This document shows, one piece after another, positions 63,750 to 64,000 of a DNA stretch of 64,000 bases. Source of the DNA: Syncephalis fuscata S228 (taxonomy: Eukaryota; Fungi; Zoopagomycota). The DNA lies in assembly GCA_025786725.1 (NCBI GenBank), contig JAHLTZ010000031.1:124001-188000 (forward strand), read 5' to 3'. Under the pieces are notes generated by a model that searched no databases, was not told where the DNA came from, and saw only the letters and a list, made by a program, of their open reading frames with translations. Each line of letters starts with the position of its first letter. Positions within the stretch are counted from its first letter, which is position 1. The position numbers and the translations under genes are program-made.

Positions 63750-64000
63750 ATGGCAGAACGACGACGACAGAATGAAGAACAGCAACAATCGCTGCCTCAT
63801 TTGGATACACATCCCTATTGTATAGGCAATGTCTCTATTGCACCTATTGGTGCTGATTCTTCAATGACAAAGTATACGGAAACATCGAATGCTTGTATGA
63901 AAAAGCATGGACTTAAGCATAAAGTGCGTGCTTGTAGCACGGAATTTGAAGGCCCCTTCGATGAAGTTATGGCGACCCTACGTGAATGTCATCAAGATTT
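63750..64000 (+). CDS. UPF0045/MTH1187 thiamine-binding-like protein (Ecm15-like), truncated by the window end
   Basis: MAERRRQ...YCIGNVSIAPIGADSSMTKY...GLKHKVRACSTEFEGPFDEVMATLRECHQ matches the family pattern (PIG...TxIEGxWDEVM...CH). Confidence 0.75.
   Translation, partial: MAERRRQNEEQQQSLPHLDTHPYCIGNVSIAPIGADSSMTKYTETSNACMKKHGLKHKVRACSTEFEGPFDEVMATLRECHQD

Noticed and set aside
1-64000. CRISPR array, rRNA, intact transposase or LTR element
   Set aside because: No repeat-spacer periodicity, rRNA signature, DDE/RT ORF or terminal repeats were seen by eye.

Overview
Eukaryotic, intron-rich fungal DNA with ~50-70 nt GT-AG introns, CTAAC/CTAAT branch sites and many microsatellites. Gene style suggests an early-diverging fungus, plausibly a Zoopagomycota such as Syncephalis (inference). 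About 20 genes are recognisable: CCT8, an S8 subtilisin-like pseudo-protease, an HSL-type alpha/beta hydrolase, a sphingolipid C9-methyltransferase-like gene, a C2H2 transcription factor, JMJD6, BCP1, SEC15, a PMT, AP-3 sigma, an Mrn1/Nrd1-like 4xRRM protein, PET8, SmE, QNS1, a three-copy tandem cytochrome P450 array, a candidate TPP1/Est3-like OB-fold gene, BST1/PGAP1 and an Ecm15/UPF0045 gene running off the end. The most notable element is almost missed by the ORF track: a decayed, 5'-truncated, intron-containing Fanzor (eukaryotic TnpB-like RNA-guided nuclease) relic at about 3420-4260 (-), next to the catalytically dead subtilisin. Other highlights are a candidate C/D-box snoRNA in the GC-AG first intron of CCT8, catalytic motifs split by microexons, a chimeric and diversifying P450 array, and a possible 5.9 kb intron. 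Many single-base frameshifts in conserved genes look like assembly indel errors. All calls come from manual translation and remembered family motifs; no searches were run.
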